NCBI RefSeq assembly: GCF_009914755.1 | Contig: NC_060926.1 | Length of the DNA: 64,000 nucleotides | Source: the human T2T-CHM13v2.0 reference genome, Homo sapiens | Direction: 5' to 3' (one strand) | Shown here: piece by piece, positions 19,216-40,292 of the stretch | How the letters are laid out: each line of letters opens with the position of its first letter | How positions within the stretch are numbered: the first letter of the stretch is position 1 | Notes under the pieces: model-generated | What the model saw: the letters and a program-made list of their open reading frames with translations, nothing else | Database searches by the model: none | What the model was told of the DNA's origin: nothing | Made by a program: the position numbers and the translations under genes

Positions 19216-20569
19216 TACCCTGCATCTCTGGACCCTAGAGAACTGCCTTAGTTGTTAGTTGAATCTGCCAGGTCGCTGTTCTGAACTAGCCTTTGGACCC
19301 CCAGGCAATGGGGGCAGGAAGGTGGTGAGAAACTTCTCTCTCTGGTTCCTGAGTTTCTGCAGCTCATGTCCCCCTAGCATACACTGCATTTTTGAGCATA
19401 GCTTTCTTCTGGGAGCATTATGTAAATCTGATAAGTGGCCCAGTTTTGCAGATCAAATAAACATGGGAAGGGGAATGCAAATAAAAGAATTGTCTTTCTC
19501 TACAGGTTTTTAATGTTGGAATTTCAGTAAGGAGACCAGTTTTTAAGCCTTCTTTAGGGTCAATTTTAACTGAGTTTTCTGGAAGCCAAGCAGAATGGCT
19601 GTGGATTTGAGTCTGGCAAGCAAAGTGCATCTGTGGCGGAGTGAACTCTGTAATGTGGTGTTGCTATGGAGATTGGAGATTCGCATTTTGGGCCCAGGCA
19701 TGACAGTCATTTGTCACCCCCTTGTCCCCTCATCCTGCAGCTAAGGCTGTAATAACCAAAGGCACAGACATGCCCCCAGTTTAATTTAATTCTAGACTCA
19801 GGCATTGTTTTAAGTGAAGTGGTTGCATGATATCATTGTTCTGTGTATCTTGATAGGAAGTTTTCACGGTTAAGTGAGATTACCAGAAGCTTTTAAAGAA
19901 GACAGGAAAGGCACTTGCAGCAGAAACTTCTCTCAGAAGGAATTACGTTTGAAATGCTGTGTGGAATAAAAACAGGTTGACAATGTAGTAACATCGGATT
20001 ATTATTTTCACCTAGTCACTTAAAAAGGATATAGAAATAGTATCTTTTGGCATTTCTAGCATGAATTGATTCAACCCTTTCAGAATGAGCAGTTGATCAT
20101 TTTTCTGGAGTTTGGAGCCCTAAACAGTATTTTAAAAAGTAATGACTCATATTCATAAGTTACATTATAACTTTCTTCATCCAGTATCTGTGGATTAGCA
20201 AAGTAGCAAGGAGGTAATTTTTATCTGAATACAAACAGGAAAGAGTATATCATTATAAAGACAGAGAGGTTAATTTTAGCTTTTCATAGTGGGTGAGAAA
20301 AACAATTCCATATTTAAAAGTTGATCATTTTGTCTTGAGCAGCCAATTAAAATCTCATTTACCCTTTAAAAAAAAGTACAGTGCCCTAAGTGAAGTAGAA
20401 AAGTTAAAAAAGAAAGCTTGAGTGGCGGGGGAGAGATTTACATCACTGTTATGTCAGTAATTTTGGATATGAAGAGTCTCAATAAATTTCACTGGCATGA
20501 CTAAGATGGTTTTATTAAAATAACATGGAGGTTATAATAAGACATCTCCATTAAAAGTTGAGGTCTTGT

Positions 20570-20855
20570 CACTAGGCGTGGTGGCTCATGCCCGTAATCC
20601 CAGCACTGTGGGAGGCTGAAGTGGGAGGATAGCTTGAGGCCAGGAGTTTGTGACCAGCCTGGCCAACATAGTGAGACCCTATTGCTATAAAAACTAAAAA
20701 AAATTAACCGAGCGTGGCGACGTACATCTGAAGTCCCAGCTACTCAGGAGGCTGAGATGGAAGGATGGTTTGAGCCCAGGAGTTGCAGCGAGCTATGATC
20801 GCACCACTGCACTAGTCTAGGTGGCAAAGCCAGACTCCGTCTCAAAAAAAAAAAG
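20570..20855 (+). mobile_element. AluJ
   Basis: Dimer with TSD ttgaggtcttg. Confidence 0.88.
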
Positions 20856-21084
20856 AAGAGGAAATTGAGGTCTTGCATGGCAAGGCATCTTGGTTTAGTT
20901 GTTCTTGTCTCATAAAACTTTTGACAGGGAAAATAGAAAGTCCTGTTTAATGCTCTGAAATAAAGCTGATGTGTTTGAGCTATCACCCACGTAGCTTCTA
21001 GTCATGGACAGGTCTTGTTTGTAGCTAGTTAAGGTATCTGCAAGGTGATGTCTCTGGGTAGCAGCCTCTCCTCCTAAGGAGTAT

Positions 21085-21420
21085 ACAGTTGTCCCTCAGT
21101 ATCTACAAGGATTGCTTCCAGGACCCCCACAGATAACTAAAATCAACAGATGCTCAAGTCCTTTATGTAAAATGGCATGGTGTTTGCATACAACCTACAC
21201 ACATCTTCCCATATACATTAAGTCATCTCTGGATTACCTATACCTAATACAGTGTAAATGGTGTGTATACTGTTGTTATACCATTTTGTTTACGACATGA
21301 AAATGATATGAAAAAAAGTCTGTATGTGTTCAGTACAGGTGCTTCTTTTCCCGAATATTTTCAACCTGAGGTGGTTGAATCCACAGGTGCAGTACCCATG
21401 GATATGGAGTGCTGACTGTA
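21085..21420. mobile_element. MER2/Tigger-derived DNA transposon
   Basis: TA-CAGTTGTCCCTCAGTATC ... GATATGGAGTGCTGACTG-TA terminal inverted repeats with a TA target site. Confidence 0.8.
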
Positions 21421-21884
21421 TTTGAAAATGGTCACAAACATTTCAGCCCTATTGCCTGCTTCTCTCTTTCCAATAGGCTGCAGGCAGTTAGGCCTTTTAT
21501 CCCGGAGATGTGCCACACTTTGAAATTGTCATAAATTCTGATTCTGGGTTCCCAAGGCAAAAGTTCCACAGATAATCTCTTATGTTTAGTAAATTGCAGA
21601 ATGAACTTCCGGGGGGAAGGGTTCCTTTGTGCAGTCCGGAGGGACTGCTTTGGGGACATTCACATTGGTGACTTGGGAGGTCATTGAGCCTAGCTAATGG
21701 GTTTTGGTACTTGATTCATCATGTACCACTTGGTCCGTGTTGAGAAAGTTTGCATAGATGTTCTCCAATACTTACGACTGCAATATGGGATTATGAATAG
21801 TATTCTGTAGAATTTTCATCTTTGAAAGTTTTAACTTATCTAATTTTGAACTCTCTATATATATATGAAAAACTTTATTTGTAT

Positions 21885-23687
<1,803 letters not shown>

Positions 23688-23769
23688 TAAACAGTAATCA
23701 AACATGAAGGTTTTTGAAATACAATTTGAATGTAGGTTTTTAGAACACAAATTAGGAAGAATGGTTAAC

Positions 23770-23942
23770 TTAGGTTATCTCAAACCTGTGGTGTGCACCA
23801 GATCCATTTGAGGAGTTTGTTGACTATATAGACATTCAGACCCCACTCAGTGTCTATAAAATCAGAATCTCTGGGAGTGAGGCCTGATCATCTTTATTTG
23901 TGGGTGATTCTGATGTATTTCAGAGCTTGCATGCCACTGCTT
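23770..23942. mobile_element. MER5-like hAT element
   Basis: tctcaaac..., aatcagaatctctggg, gtgattctgatg..., ccactgc. Confidence 0.65.
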
Positions 23943-23985
23943 TAGGATGGAACCTTTCTGCCACTTTTAAAAGTTATCTACTTGT

Positions 23986-24280
<295 letters not shown>

Positions 24281-25072
24281 GTTATCCACTTATATAGAAA
24301 TGTATTTACAAAGTCTTTCACCCCTTTCCATGAAATGAAATAGTAGTAATAGCCACCACTATATAACCTTCTCTAGGTCAGCCATTGTGCTAGGCATGTT
24401 GAGTGTCTTTTTTTAAATTTAATCTTCACAATAACCCATCAAAGCAATTATTGTCTCCATTTTATAGGTTAGGAAATGAGAATTACAGAGTTAAATATTT
24501 TATCTGTGGTTACCCAGCAAAAAGGTAATAGAGTAGGGATTTGAGCCCAGGTCTTTATAATTTTAAAATATCTCTCCATATCCTTGAAACCTGTTCTACA
24601 ATGAAGACTTCAAATATTGTACAGTACTTGGATCAGGACAATAGTGAGTTACTCTGGGTTTGGGGGCACTGTTACCTCCTTTCGTCCAAAGTGTGACTTT
24701 CAAGAAAGAGGGAAGGTGGTATGGGCAAAGAAGTGCCAACACCGATGAGGATTTGCCTATTCCTGCCGAGACCAGGGTGGCTTGGCTTCAGTGTCTTTAG
24801 GGCTGCCCACGGGGGGATTCCAAGCAAAGAATCCTAGAGCCTTCTAAGCTGCTTGCTGTAAGGCCTGGTGGGAGTGGTTTTATGCTTTATCAAACTGGCA
24901 GAATGATGGAATCTCTTCTCCTTCTGGATTCTTGTTTTTCCTAGCAGGAGTCAAGCAGCCCAAAGTTTTATTTAAAATAAAGAAGTGTCCTGCAGATATG
25001 AATTGTCCCCCAGACAACTTCATAATACAAAAACAGAGAAAAAGACACAGGTTTGATTCAGGCATTTTATGA

Positions 25073-26578
<1,506 letters not shown>

Positions 26579-26980
26579 TCTACCTTATTAATATTAGCAA
26601 AGGATAAATTGTCTGGCAACAGAAAAATATGTGCTAGCAAAAAAATGAGGGGCACGTGCCCTGCTGTCATATAGGGAAGCCACTGATTTTCTAATATTGG
26701 TTTTGTATCCAGCTACCTTTCTGAATCCCATTAATCTTGGGTTTTTTGATTTATTCTTCTGTGTTCTAGATTGACAGTCATGTTACATCAAATAATATTT
26801 GTGTTTTGCTTTTAAAATTTATCTTAACTTTTTTTTCTTAGTACATTGGCTATGGCCTATGGGATAGTGTTGAATAATGTCATCATGGGCATCTTTATCT
26901 CATTCCTGACTCTATAAAGTACAATAAAATCTATTTGTGGACATACAGATTTTTTAAAAATTGAAGTAACTGTAGATTCA

Positions 26981-27440
<460 letters not shown>

Positions 27441-27663
27441 AATTTAATTTAAAAAAAGATGGGTCAGAGGAGGAAAGCTGGACTCTTTACTAGCCTTTCT
27501 AATGTAAAAGAACCGCGTTGTTTTGGTAAAAGATTGAAACAGTTCAGAGAAGCGTGTAGTAAGGAGCAAAAGCTCCTTCACCACAATGCTGTAGATTCAT
27601 TTCCTTATTGATGTTCAAGACTGACATTGTCTTGTGTATTATTTTAGAACATTTCTCTGCGTA

Positions 27664-27667
<4 letters not shown>

Positions 27668-27696
<29 letters not shown>
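27668..27696. repeat. (GT)n microsatellite, about 14 units
   Basis: Perfect GT run. Confidence 0.95.
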
Positions 27697-27698
<2 letters not shown>

Positions 27699-28236
27699 AC
27701 ACATGCGTACAGCATTTGTACCCTTAGTTGGGATCATATGATGCATTACTCTTCTGAAACTTGGTATTTCTCTTTCGATATATCTTGGAGATCTTTCCAT
27801 ATGACCAGATCCACCTCATTCTTTTTAATTCTTATACACAATTGCATTATAAGGGTGAATCATTATCAGATCTCTGGTGATGAACATTTAGATTTTTTGT
27901 TTTTTTGTTTGCTATAACAAAAAAATGTTGCAGTGAACATCCTTGTGAATACTGTACATCTTGATAAAATTCTAAAAGTGGAATTGCTAGGGCAAAGGTA
28001 TGGGCATGAGCATTTTGATAGAGGTTGCTAAATTATTCGTCCTAAAATATCAACAATGTCTACTCCCCCAGTAGTGTATGAGAGTGCCTATTTCTCCACA
28101 CACGGCAACACCAAATAGGACTAAACTTTGAAATCTTTGTCAGTTTGGTAAGTAAAACTTGGCATTCTGCATATTTTAATTTAGATTTCTTTAATTATGT
28201 ATGAGGCTGAGTATATTTTCATGTATTGTTCTTGGC

Positions 28237-28243
<7 letters not shown>

Positions 28244-28310
<67 letters not shown>
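28244..28310. repeat. Compound (TA)n(T)n microsatellite
   Basis: About 17 TA units followed by about 31 T. Confidence 0.95.
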
Positions 28311-28311
<1 letters not shown>

Positions 28312-28844
28312 GTCAGTCATCCATTTTCTTTCCTCATTCTCCTGTTTTAAGCAAGAAAGTGACATGATCAGATTGGCTTGTTAGAGAAATGGTTCTGCTA
28401 GCAGTTTCAGAAGTTAAAGGAGGAAACAGTTTCAGAACTGAGGGTTTGATCCAAAGTCTCAAAAGCCACAGAAAACTCCAGAAGAAGAGACCTGAAAAGT
28501 ATCCAGTGTTTTTGACACTTAGAAGCTCACTGGTTGTGAGCTTTGCCACACGAGTTTCCATGGAGGAACGCAGGTGGAAAGTTGGTCACATTGTATTGAA
28601 AGTTGAAGGTGGGTTGAGACAGTAAATGCAAGCGGTTCTTTCAAGGACCTTGGCTGTAAAGAGAAGCTGTTGAGAGGGTGATTGATAGATAAGGATCTAG
28701 GGTGAAAAAGAAGAAGAAGAAAATCTAGGGTAGAAGACGGGAAAGGTATGTTTTTAATATGAAATATATGTGAACATGTTTCTAGTTGTAGGGAAGGAAT
28801 AAGTATAGAAAGAAAGGTTAAAAATACAAGATGAAAAAGGTATG

Positions 28845-29154
<310 letters not shown>

Positions 29155-30437
29155 TGAATGTTGAAATTTTAATACTATAGAAATTTACTATAGGAATTCA
29201 GAAGGAATGGACTCAGGATAATATAGGAGGTCTAGCCCTGGGATGGGGTTCCTTTTTCTCTGAGTCACTTCACATGTAGCTATGTAACAAAGGGTGACAG
29301 ACCTCTGCCACAGGATGGACAGAGCCTTTTATGTGGCTGAAGCAGACCAGAAGTTTGTAGCAGATAGGCAGGAGGCCCAGGAGGAGAGAAAAGGGCCCAG
29401 CCCTTTCCAGCTCCCCAGGGGTGGAGTAGCCCTGCTTCCCACGCAGTCCTGGGGGATGGCCTTCCTCCCATGCAAGTGGATGAGCAAGGGGTGGGAGAGC
29501 AGCCGCTTCTACTGCCATATGGAAGTTCCCCCAGGTGGAATCATGAAGCTGCGGAAGAGGAGACTATTTTCAATTATCATGCCTAGAAAAAAGTGTGGAA
29601 GGGTGTACACTTTTTAATAGTCATTATCCGCAGGGATTGGTTTGTGGGGGAAGGGTGGGATTCAGGAGAGGTTGTGGTACTTGTACATTGAAATGAGCAT
29701 ACATTATTTTTTTAAAAAGAAAATAGATGAAAAAAACTCCAAGATGACCACTTTCGATGTTGTATGTCAATCCTGAATTCTCGTAGCTGGTGAGAGAGGC
29801 ACAAGAGATGCTAAAGGAGAATGCAGGATCCAGCAGCGTTGATGGCGACAGCAGCTCAGCCGCACGTTGTCGAGCACTGGATAGTTGATTAAAAGCGTTT
29901 CCATCACTCATTCAGCAAGCACTGGCCAAGCCACCTGTCATGTGCTAGGCATATCTGTGACCTCATTTACCTGCTCACTGTGGCTGTTACAATAAAGGTG
30001 TGGAAAGCGAGAGGCAGAGCTGTTGGTCTTCTCGAGTCCAGGACTTGAGCCCTGATCTTCAGTTCTGAAGCTTGGCTCTCTTTCCCCCACATTATGGTTG
30101 TCCAGTGACTTTGTTACATGAATTTACCAAAGTGGTTTAGGATCTGTTTATTCTACATGACAGTGGAGATAGCTGAAGTGGAGTCAGTTAATTTGCAGTC
30201 TGATGTCTCATGAGCACACCTGCAGTGTGTTAGCACCTTGTTCTGTCAGGGCCGGTACTTTCACTCCTCCCAAGAGCTCTGATGTTAAAGCAAATGATTA
30301 TTTTTCTGGCTTACATACCTCATCATCATGCCTTACAGAAAGCTGTTGAGAGACCACTCTAACAATTGCCAGCGTGCCTCAGGTGTCCCTCAGTGAGTTT
30401 CATGCCATCACCAGATGTCTTTGTATCCTCCTTGCAG

Positions 30438-30536
30438 ATCACCCCTGAGTACCTCCAGAGCGTCTGTGTCCGCCTGTTCAGTAACCAGATGCGGCAGAGC
30501 CTGGCGCATAGTGTGGACTTCACGAGGCCTGGGACG
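30438..30536 (+). CDS. ARMC9: ARMC9 coding exon (99 nt, phase 0-0)
   Basis: ctccttgcag|ATC...ACG|gtgagg. Encodes [33 protein letters not shown]. Confidence 0.95.
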
Positions 30537-30889
30537 GTGAGGCTCTGCGCTCAGGGCAGGGTGCCCGTGGTCTATCCCCCCAAATTTAAAAAGAATGTAA
30601 CTTTAAAAATAGCATGAAAAAATAACATGCAAGAGGCTGCATTTAAGCTGGCTTTTGAAGTCTAGAAACTCCTAGAAGGAAAATAAATCTGTTTTTGAAG
30701 AGGGTACAGCTGAAAGCTGGCCTCCTAGGGAGGGTGAGGAGAGAGGCGTGTTCTGCCTACCAGTTGCAGCCACTCAGTGGGGGTTCCCAGGGTTGGGGAT
30801 CAGTAGGAGTGGATGGAAACTTTATTCTCCTTTTTTAAAAGCACTGCCATAGTGGAAATTGTGTGGTCTAAAGCAGGGACACTTTTTTT

Positions 30890-31790
<901 letters not shown>

Positions 31791-33325
31791 TACGACGTCG
31801 GTGATCGTGTGTCCTCCTTAGACTAGCACACCTGAAGGCCCATGGTTTTGAGGCAGGCATTCTTAACCAGGAGAGACACTGTTGTCTCTCAAAGTCTTCA
31901 AAGTACAGGAACCCACGGGCCAGGAGCTCACACCAACCTGCTGCCCCATTCACAGGCTGCGTGGGTGAAGCCCTGTGAAGCCAGCTGTATAGATTTGGAA
32001 TGAGGCTCCTGTGTGATCCTGAGACAGCCCTGTGGGTCAGAGCCACAGCTTTTAAGTGAGGGTTTGCACATTAATATAGTATTAGAGTCTTAATAAACAG
32101 AAGCCTTTCTTTTAGTATTTAAAAGAAAATTTATACCCTACCTAATTCTCAAGTAGATTTGAAGAAGTTTATTATAATATGAGAAAACATAAATATGAGA
32201 AACGAGAAGGTAGAAAATAAAAATAAGTAAAGCAGTTGTGGTTAAGGGAAAATAAGGGTGGAAAAAATAAAAGTCAGCAAGGGCTAAGGCTGGTACAAAA
32301 AATGCATATGCTGTGAGCTGCCTCTCCGGAGAGGCAGGCTGCAGACTGGGCTCTGAGCTTTCCAGCAGTCTGTGCAAAAAGGGAAACAGGAGCAGTTACA
32401 TGATTCCCAGTGCTTATAAAGCAGGAGAGGGCAGTTACATAACTTTTATTATGTAATATTTCCTGCATCCAAAACAACATATGTGCTGCATATGCAGGCT
32501 AGGAACCATGACAATAAAACAAACACCCACAAGTCCGCCACATGTGGCTGAAATAGACCATTTCAGTGCTGCTAAAGTTTTCTACCCTTCAGGCTTCTTC
32601 CAAGTAGGTGTGTTACTTATGTAATTTAAAAACAAGTTCAAATGCTTTTTTTTTTTTTTTTAAACTGGATGGTCAGACAACTGCTTCACACAGTTATTCC
32701 TGGTGCTAAGACCCGGGATAATCTCTTGGGTCAGCAGTTTGTATGGATCTTCATAGAAGGCACGTAGTCATGTGCTGAAGAGCAGGCGGCCTTGACCACT
32801 TCCTCTCAGCCTAACAAATATCTCAGAATGGCTGGCTGTCAGCTGTTCCACACACGTGGACAGACAGATGGTAGAAGCGGAGTCTTTGGGACATGGCCAC
32901 AGTGATTTTAGTGTGCCAAAATCTTAGAGAATCAGCCATTTTTAAAAGGTCAGTAAAGTCACCATTGGATATGCAAGTCTTAGAAAAGTAACTTCCTCAT
33001 GAGCCCCTCAGAAGAAGGACTTGAAGCCACATCCCCGAGAATATGGCTGACCCTCTGTCCACTGTCCAGTTAACATTCGGACAGTTAGGAAGCAGAGTGT
33101 GCTTACCAAAACTGTGGCTTTCTCATAGCAATTAGCATGACAGGGTCTGTCTACTAGGAGCACTCCTTTCTTCCTCCTTCCCATTTATTTGTTAATTCAT
33201 CAAAGACTTAGTGTTTTCTAGGTTCAGTTTATAAAATCCCATTATATCTTATATATACCAGCCATCCTTACATTCCCATCTTCTATAGGAGGAGTGATGT
33301 ATCCAGTTTATTTAAAACTGATGTT

Positions 33326-33920
<595 letters not shown>

Positions 33921-34859
33921 AACTGATGACATGTTATTAAGCACGGTTTAAAAAGGAGCAGGGGTACAACACAGCTGGTTATCCCACAAGAAGTTATCAA
34001 TACCATCTGTCAGGAGACAGTCCTACCACCCCGACTGTTATGTTAGCAGCAAAATACAGACTTTGTCTAACCACTGGAAACCAGAGGAGGGAGGATGAGT
34101 TATGTTTAGCTTAGTGATAACCATTCTCCTTCTACTGAATCATTGGCTTAGGAACACGCAATAAAAGCTGCAAAAGCCTTTTACTGTTTCTAGCCGATTT
34201 CTTTAACAAGATGATAAAAAGCGTATGGGGGGTCATTGTCAAAGTATAAGAGAGTATTGTTGTTGACTAGACATGCATATATAAAGTTGATTTATGATAT
34301 GTGTCTCGAGTTCAGATTTACAATGTGTGAAGAAGGAAATTAAGAAACAGTTTAGATGCAATGTCCAGTGACTGGACTGATAGGATTTAGGATTTGGAAG
34401 GAGAAGAAGATTGCTTGCTTTTTTGCTGATTTTTTTAAAGGGATAAATTCTACTCTAGGGCCCAACAGAAGGCCATCAATTTCAAAATAAGTACGTGGCA
34501 CAGATCAGCGTCCTTCATAGAGCGGTCTTGGGTCAGCTCGCCGTCAGGTGCTCTGTTGAGCTTGAGTGTTACTGCTAATTACATTCTGTAAAGGAGCTTG
34601 GGCTGGGCCCTTTCACAAAACCGTTGATGTCTATAAAGTTTGGTACACTTGATACTGGTTTTTATATCTGGCAGTTAACAAGAATCTGGGCTTCTACCAA
34701 CTTACTCACTGTTAAAAATTCAAAAGGGCCCATTAAATCGAGCCCTTCTTTCCCCCTGAGTTCTGAACTGGTTGAAAAATAGGACAAAAGAGTAAAGGAA
34801 AAAGGAGCTGAAAATATCACTGTTGGTACTGACAAAGCTTATATTGGAGAATGTGGATC

Positions 34860-35291
<432 letters not shown>

Positions 35292-35897
35292 TGAGGGCGG
35301 CATGGAGGAGCGGAGTTGACACGTCTTCTCTGGTGGGCTCTGCCCAAAGCAGAAGAGGACAGGCAGGGCAGTGATGCCCAGGTCTGCCCCCAGCCTCACA
35401 AGTCCTGTTAGTCACCGCCTCTCTGGAGAGGAAGTCTCCCACTGACAGAGCAGCTCACGGTAGAAACACCACAAGAGGAAAGAAGTGAGGTTCTGCCCTC
35501 ACCTAGTTCACACCCAGGTAGCTGTGTTCAGAAAGCTGCCCGTGTTATCGAAGCTGGCACAGGTGTCTAGGCACTCCCAGAGGGTTTATAAGGACGGTAT
35601 TCATTTCTTTGAGGCGAGAGCTGTCCCAGGTGGCCTTTTTAGTTTGACTCCGCGTATTGCTGCTCCCACCCATTTGTCTTTCTGTAGTCCTTACCTTATC
35701 AGAGCCTGTGGCTTGCTGGGATATGGGAGAAATCAGATTTTATATTATCATCAACTTAGTGATAAGAAGTAAGGGAGAAAGTTATCCCTCAGGGCACAAG
35801 AGGCTGAGTTTTTTGTTTTCTAAGATTACGCAAGTCACGCGGGTGTGTTCGTTTGCAGGGAACGCAGTGCTAGGCTGTTCCTGGATGACAGTCTGCT

Positions 35898-35972
35898 GTC
35901 GGGGTTTCACCCATGGCAGAGCAGCTCCCTGGCTGTGATCTATTGAAAGTCAGCCCTGGGCAGAAGGGGTTA
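35898..35972 (+). pseudogene. Diverged fragment of the 28S (LSU) rRNA 3' terminus
   Basis: GTCGGGGTTTC...GCAGAGCAGCTCCCTgGCTGtGATCTATTGAAAGTCAGCCCT matches the last ~75 nt of human 28S rRNA as recalled. Confidence 0.85.
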
Positions 35973-36692
35973 GTGTTAGGGTTAGGGCTAGCGTTACACA
36001 AATATGTTAGCTAGAAAGTATACCATTTTATCTGTAAATGAAGGAAAACCCATCCCCTCCCTTCGCTCAGCGCATCCTGCCCTCCCGTGGGAACCTGTTG
36101 CCTGTGTTTCATATGCGTCCTTCTAGAGCCTTGAAGTATATATCATTAACTTTTACTTGTGTGTATATTTTCTTTATCTTCTAGAGTTCTAATTTGAGAA
36201 CGGCATTCCTCTATCAGACATTTAGGTGGCTTTTCTGTTTTCTGCTGTTTCTAATGGTGTAGTATGCATTTTCCCTGCCAAGAGCAGTTGAAAGTGCCTT
36301 GGTTGGTCTTTCTCTTCTTCACCCCCTGTTCCCCCTGGGCAAATGTGAATGCAGAGACACTGGAGAAAAGGTATGCCACGAGAGGGGGCTGTTCCACCCA
36401 CACCAAGCCTGTTCCACCCACACCAAGCCTCTGCCCTAAGAGCAGGAGTGGGTAGAAGGCAGGCTGACCAGGAGACAGAATCTGGTGCCAACTCCTAAGG
36501 TAGAAATTCGAGCTCCTGCCCCCTGGATGAGTCCCAAGTCTGACCTAGTGGCACCTCTGGGTTTCTGGATTCCTTGGATGGGGAGGTTTCCATTTAAATG
36601 CATCCTTATTTAGAAAGATGCCCATTTGAGAATTAATGCTCTTTTTCTTCAACAACTCCAGATAAGGCCCCATTGGAAATAAAAGTCAAAAC

Positions 36693-37295
36693 ACTTTATT
36701 TATTTGGCTTTTATTTTAGGCTCAGCAGGTACATGTGCAGGTTTGTTACATGAGTAAATTACATGTCACTGGGATTTGGCATACAGATGATCTCATCACC
36801 CAGGTAGTGAGCATAATCCTGAGAGTTAGTTTTTCAAACCTTGCCCCTCCTACCCTCCCCCGCCAATAGTTCCCAGTATCTGTTATTCTGATCTTTGTGT
36901 CCTTGAGTGCTCAGTGTTTAGCTTCCACTTAGAAGTAAGAGCGTGTGGTGTTAGGTTTTCTTTTCCTGTGTTAATTTGCTTAGGATGATGGCCTCCAGCT
37001 GCATCCATGTTGCTACAAAGGACATGCTTTTGTTCTTTTTTATGGTTTCGTAGTATTCCATTGTATATGTGTACCACATTTTCCTTATCCAGTTCACTGC
37101 TGATGGGCACCCGGATTGATTCCATGTCTTTGCTATTGTGAATAGTGCTGCCATGAACATATGAGTACGTGTGTCTTTTTGGTAGAACGATTTATTTTCC
37201 TTTCAGTATAGAATTGCTGGGTCAAATGGTAGTTCTGTTTGAAGTTCTTGAGAAACCTCCAAACTGCTTTTCACAGTGGCTAATTTACATTCCCA
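36693..37295 (-). mobile_element. Primate L1 (old L1PA/L1PB) 3' fragment
   Basis: gtacatgtgcaggtttgttacat. The minus-strand [23 protein letters not shown]... is the L1 ORF2 C-terminus. Confidence 0.88.
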
Positions 37296-37311
37296 CGAAC
37301 ACATACAGAGC

Positions 37312-37749
<438 letters not shown>

Positions 37750-37926
37750 TTTTGATTTTAATTTGCATTAAAATGGTTTTGATTTTGTGATAGAGACTAT
37801 AGCATTAAATGTAAAAAGACCCAGGACATGTGGCTCTTATAAGGCACCTGCTTCCACCTCAGCCATCTTTGTCAGCAGCTTCCTGCTATGTGGCTTGTGG
37901 CTCTGGCTTGAAGCTCAGCATCTTCA

Positions 37927-39327
<1,401 letters not shown>

Positions 39328-40292
39328 GCTGGCCATAGCAGCCCCTTCCGCATCTGATGGGGATGTGCCTCTGGCTTGGGCCTCCATCGCCTGCCCAGTC
39401 CCCTGGCTGAGATATTGCCTCAAGGGTTCCATTGTGGGCATTTGAACCTCTGTTGAGTTCAAGGGGCCCTACATTCCTTACCCACGTGCATCCTGCACAG
39501 CCTGCCCAGCCACAGTGCTCTGTTAGTCCAGGTGAGTAGGGAGAGAAGAAGGGGTTGGCAGAAATGGCCTCATCTTCAGGGGCTCACTGGTAGCCTCTCC
39601 TGGGGTCTGGCCCCCAAACTTACTTTCTGCCCCTCACTGGCCCGCGCACCCCTGCCCCATCCTGCTGCTGTCTCTACTTAGAGCAGCGTTTTCCAAAGCC
39701 TGTGCCCGCAAATGCCCATCCCGCAGGATTTCCCTGCCCCACAGCCAAACAGCCTGGGAGTTAATAAGCTTGTGAACTGCCATCCAGTGAGATTCCCAGC
39801 ACAGCAGTACACAGGAGACTCCCGAGAAGTCCCGCGGGAGAACTGCTACCCCTGCTGAGTCCAGTCAGTCTCCAGTTAGATCGGACCCAGGAACACTTTC
39901 CTTACCTTACACCTCCTGCTGGTTTGTCTTAGAAAGTCCCCATCCTGCTAGTCACCAAGAGCTGTCCCAGGCTTGGTGTGGCCCCACTGCCCACCTCCCC
40001 ACATCCTGACACCAGCTAGGGAGAGCAGCTGCTCTGGGAGGCAGGCCCCAGGTCTTCCTGGGGCTGAGAAGGGATGGATGGGGGCAGAAATGCAGCTGTT
40101 TCAGCTTGGCTTAGGTAGGCATTTATTTTTCCTACCCAAAGGTTCCAGAGAACCTAGAAGGGAGCCTGGCACGGGGCAAGTGCTCAGTGAATAATTGATG
40201 GGTTACTACATTAGTTGTTCCACTGTTCTTCACCTGCATCCTAAAAAGGGTTGCGCCTGCATTTGACCCAGACATCTTCAGATGGGAGCATA

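Noticed and set aside
30423-30431. GTATCCTCC, a U12-donor-like motif
   Set aside because: It is an imperfect match lying inside the pyrimidine tract of a U2 acceptor, with no exon upstream that it could serve.
36951-37160. ORF resembling a real protein
   Set aside because: It is the C-terminal remnant of L1 ORF2 in a truncated element.
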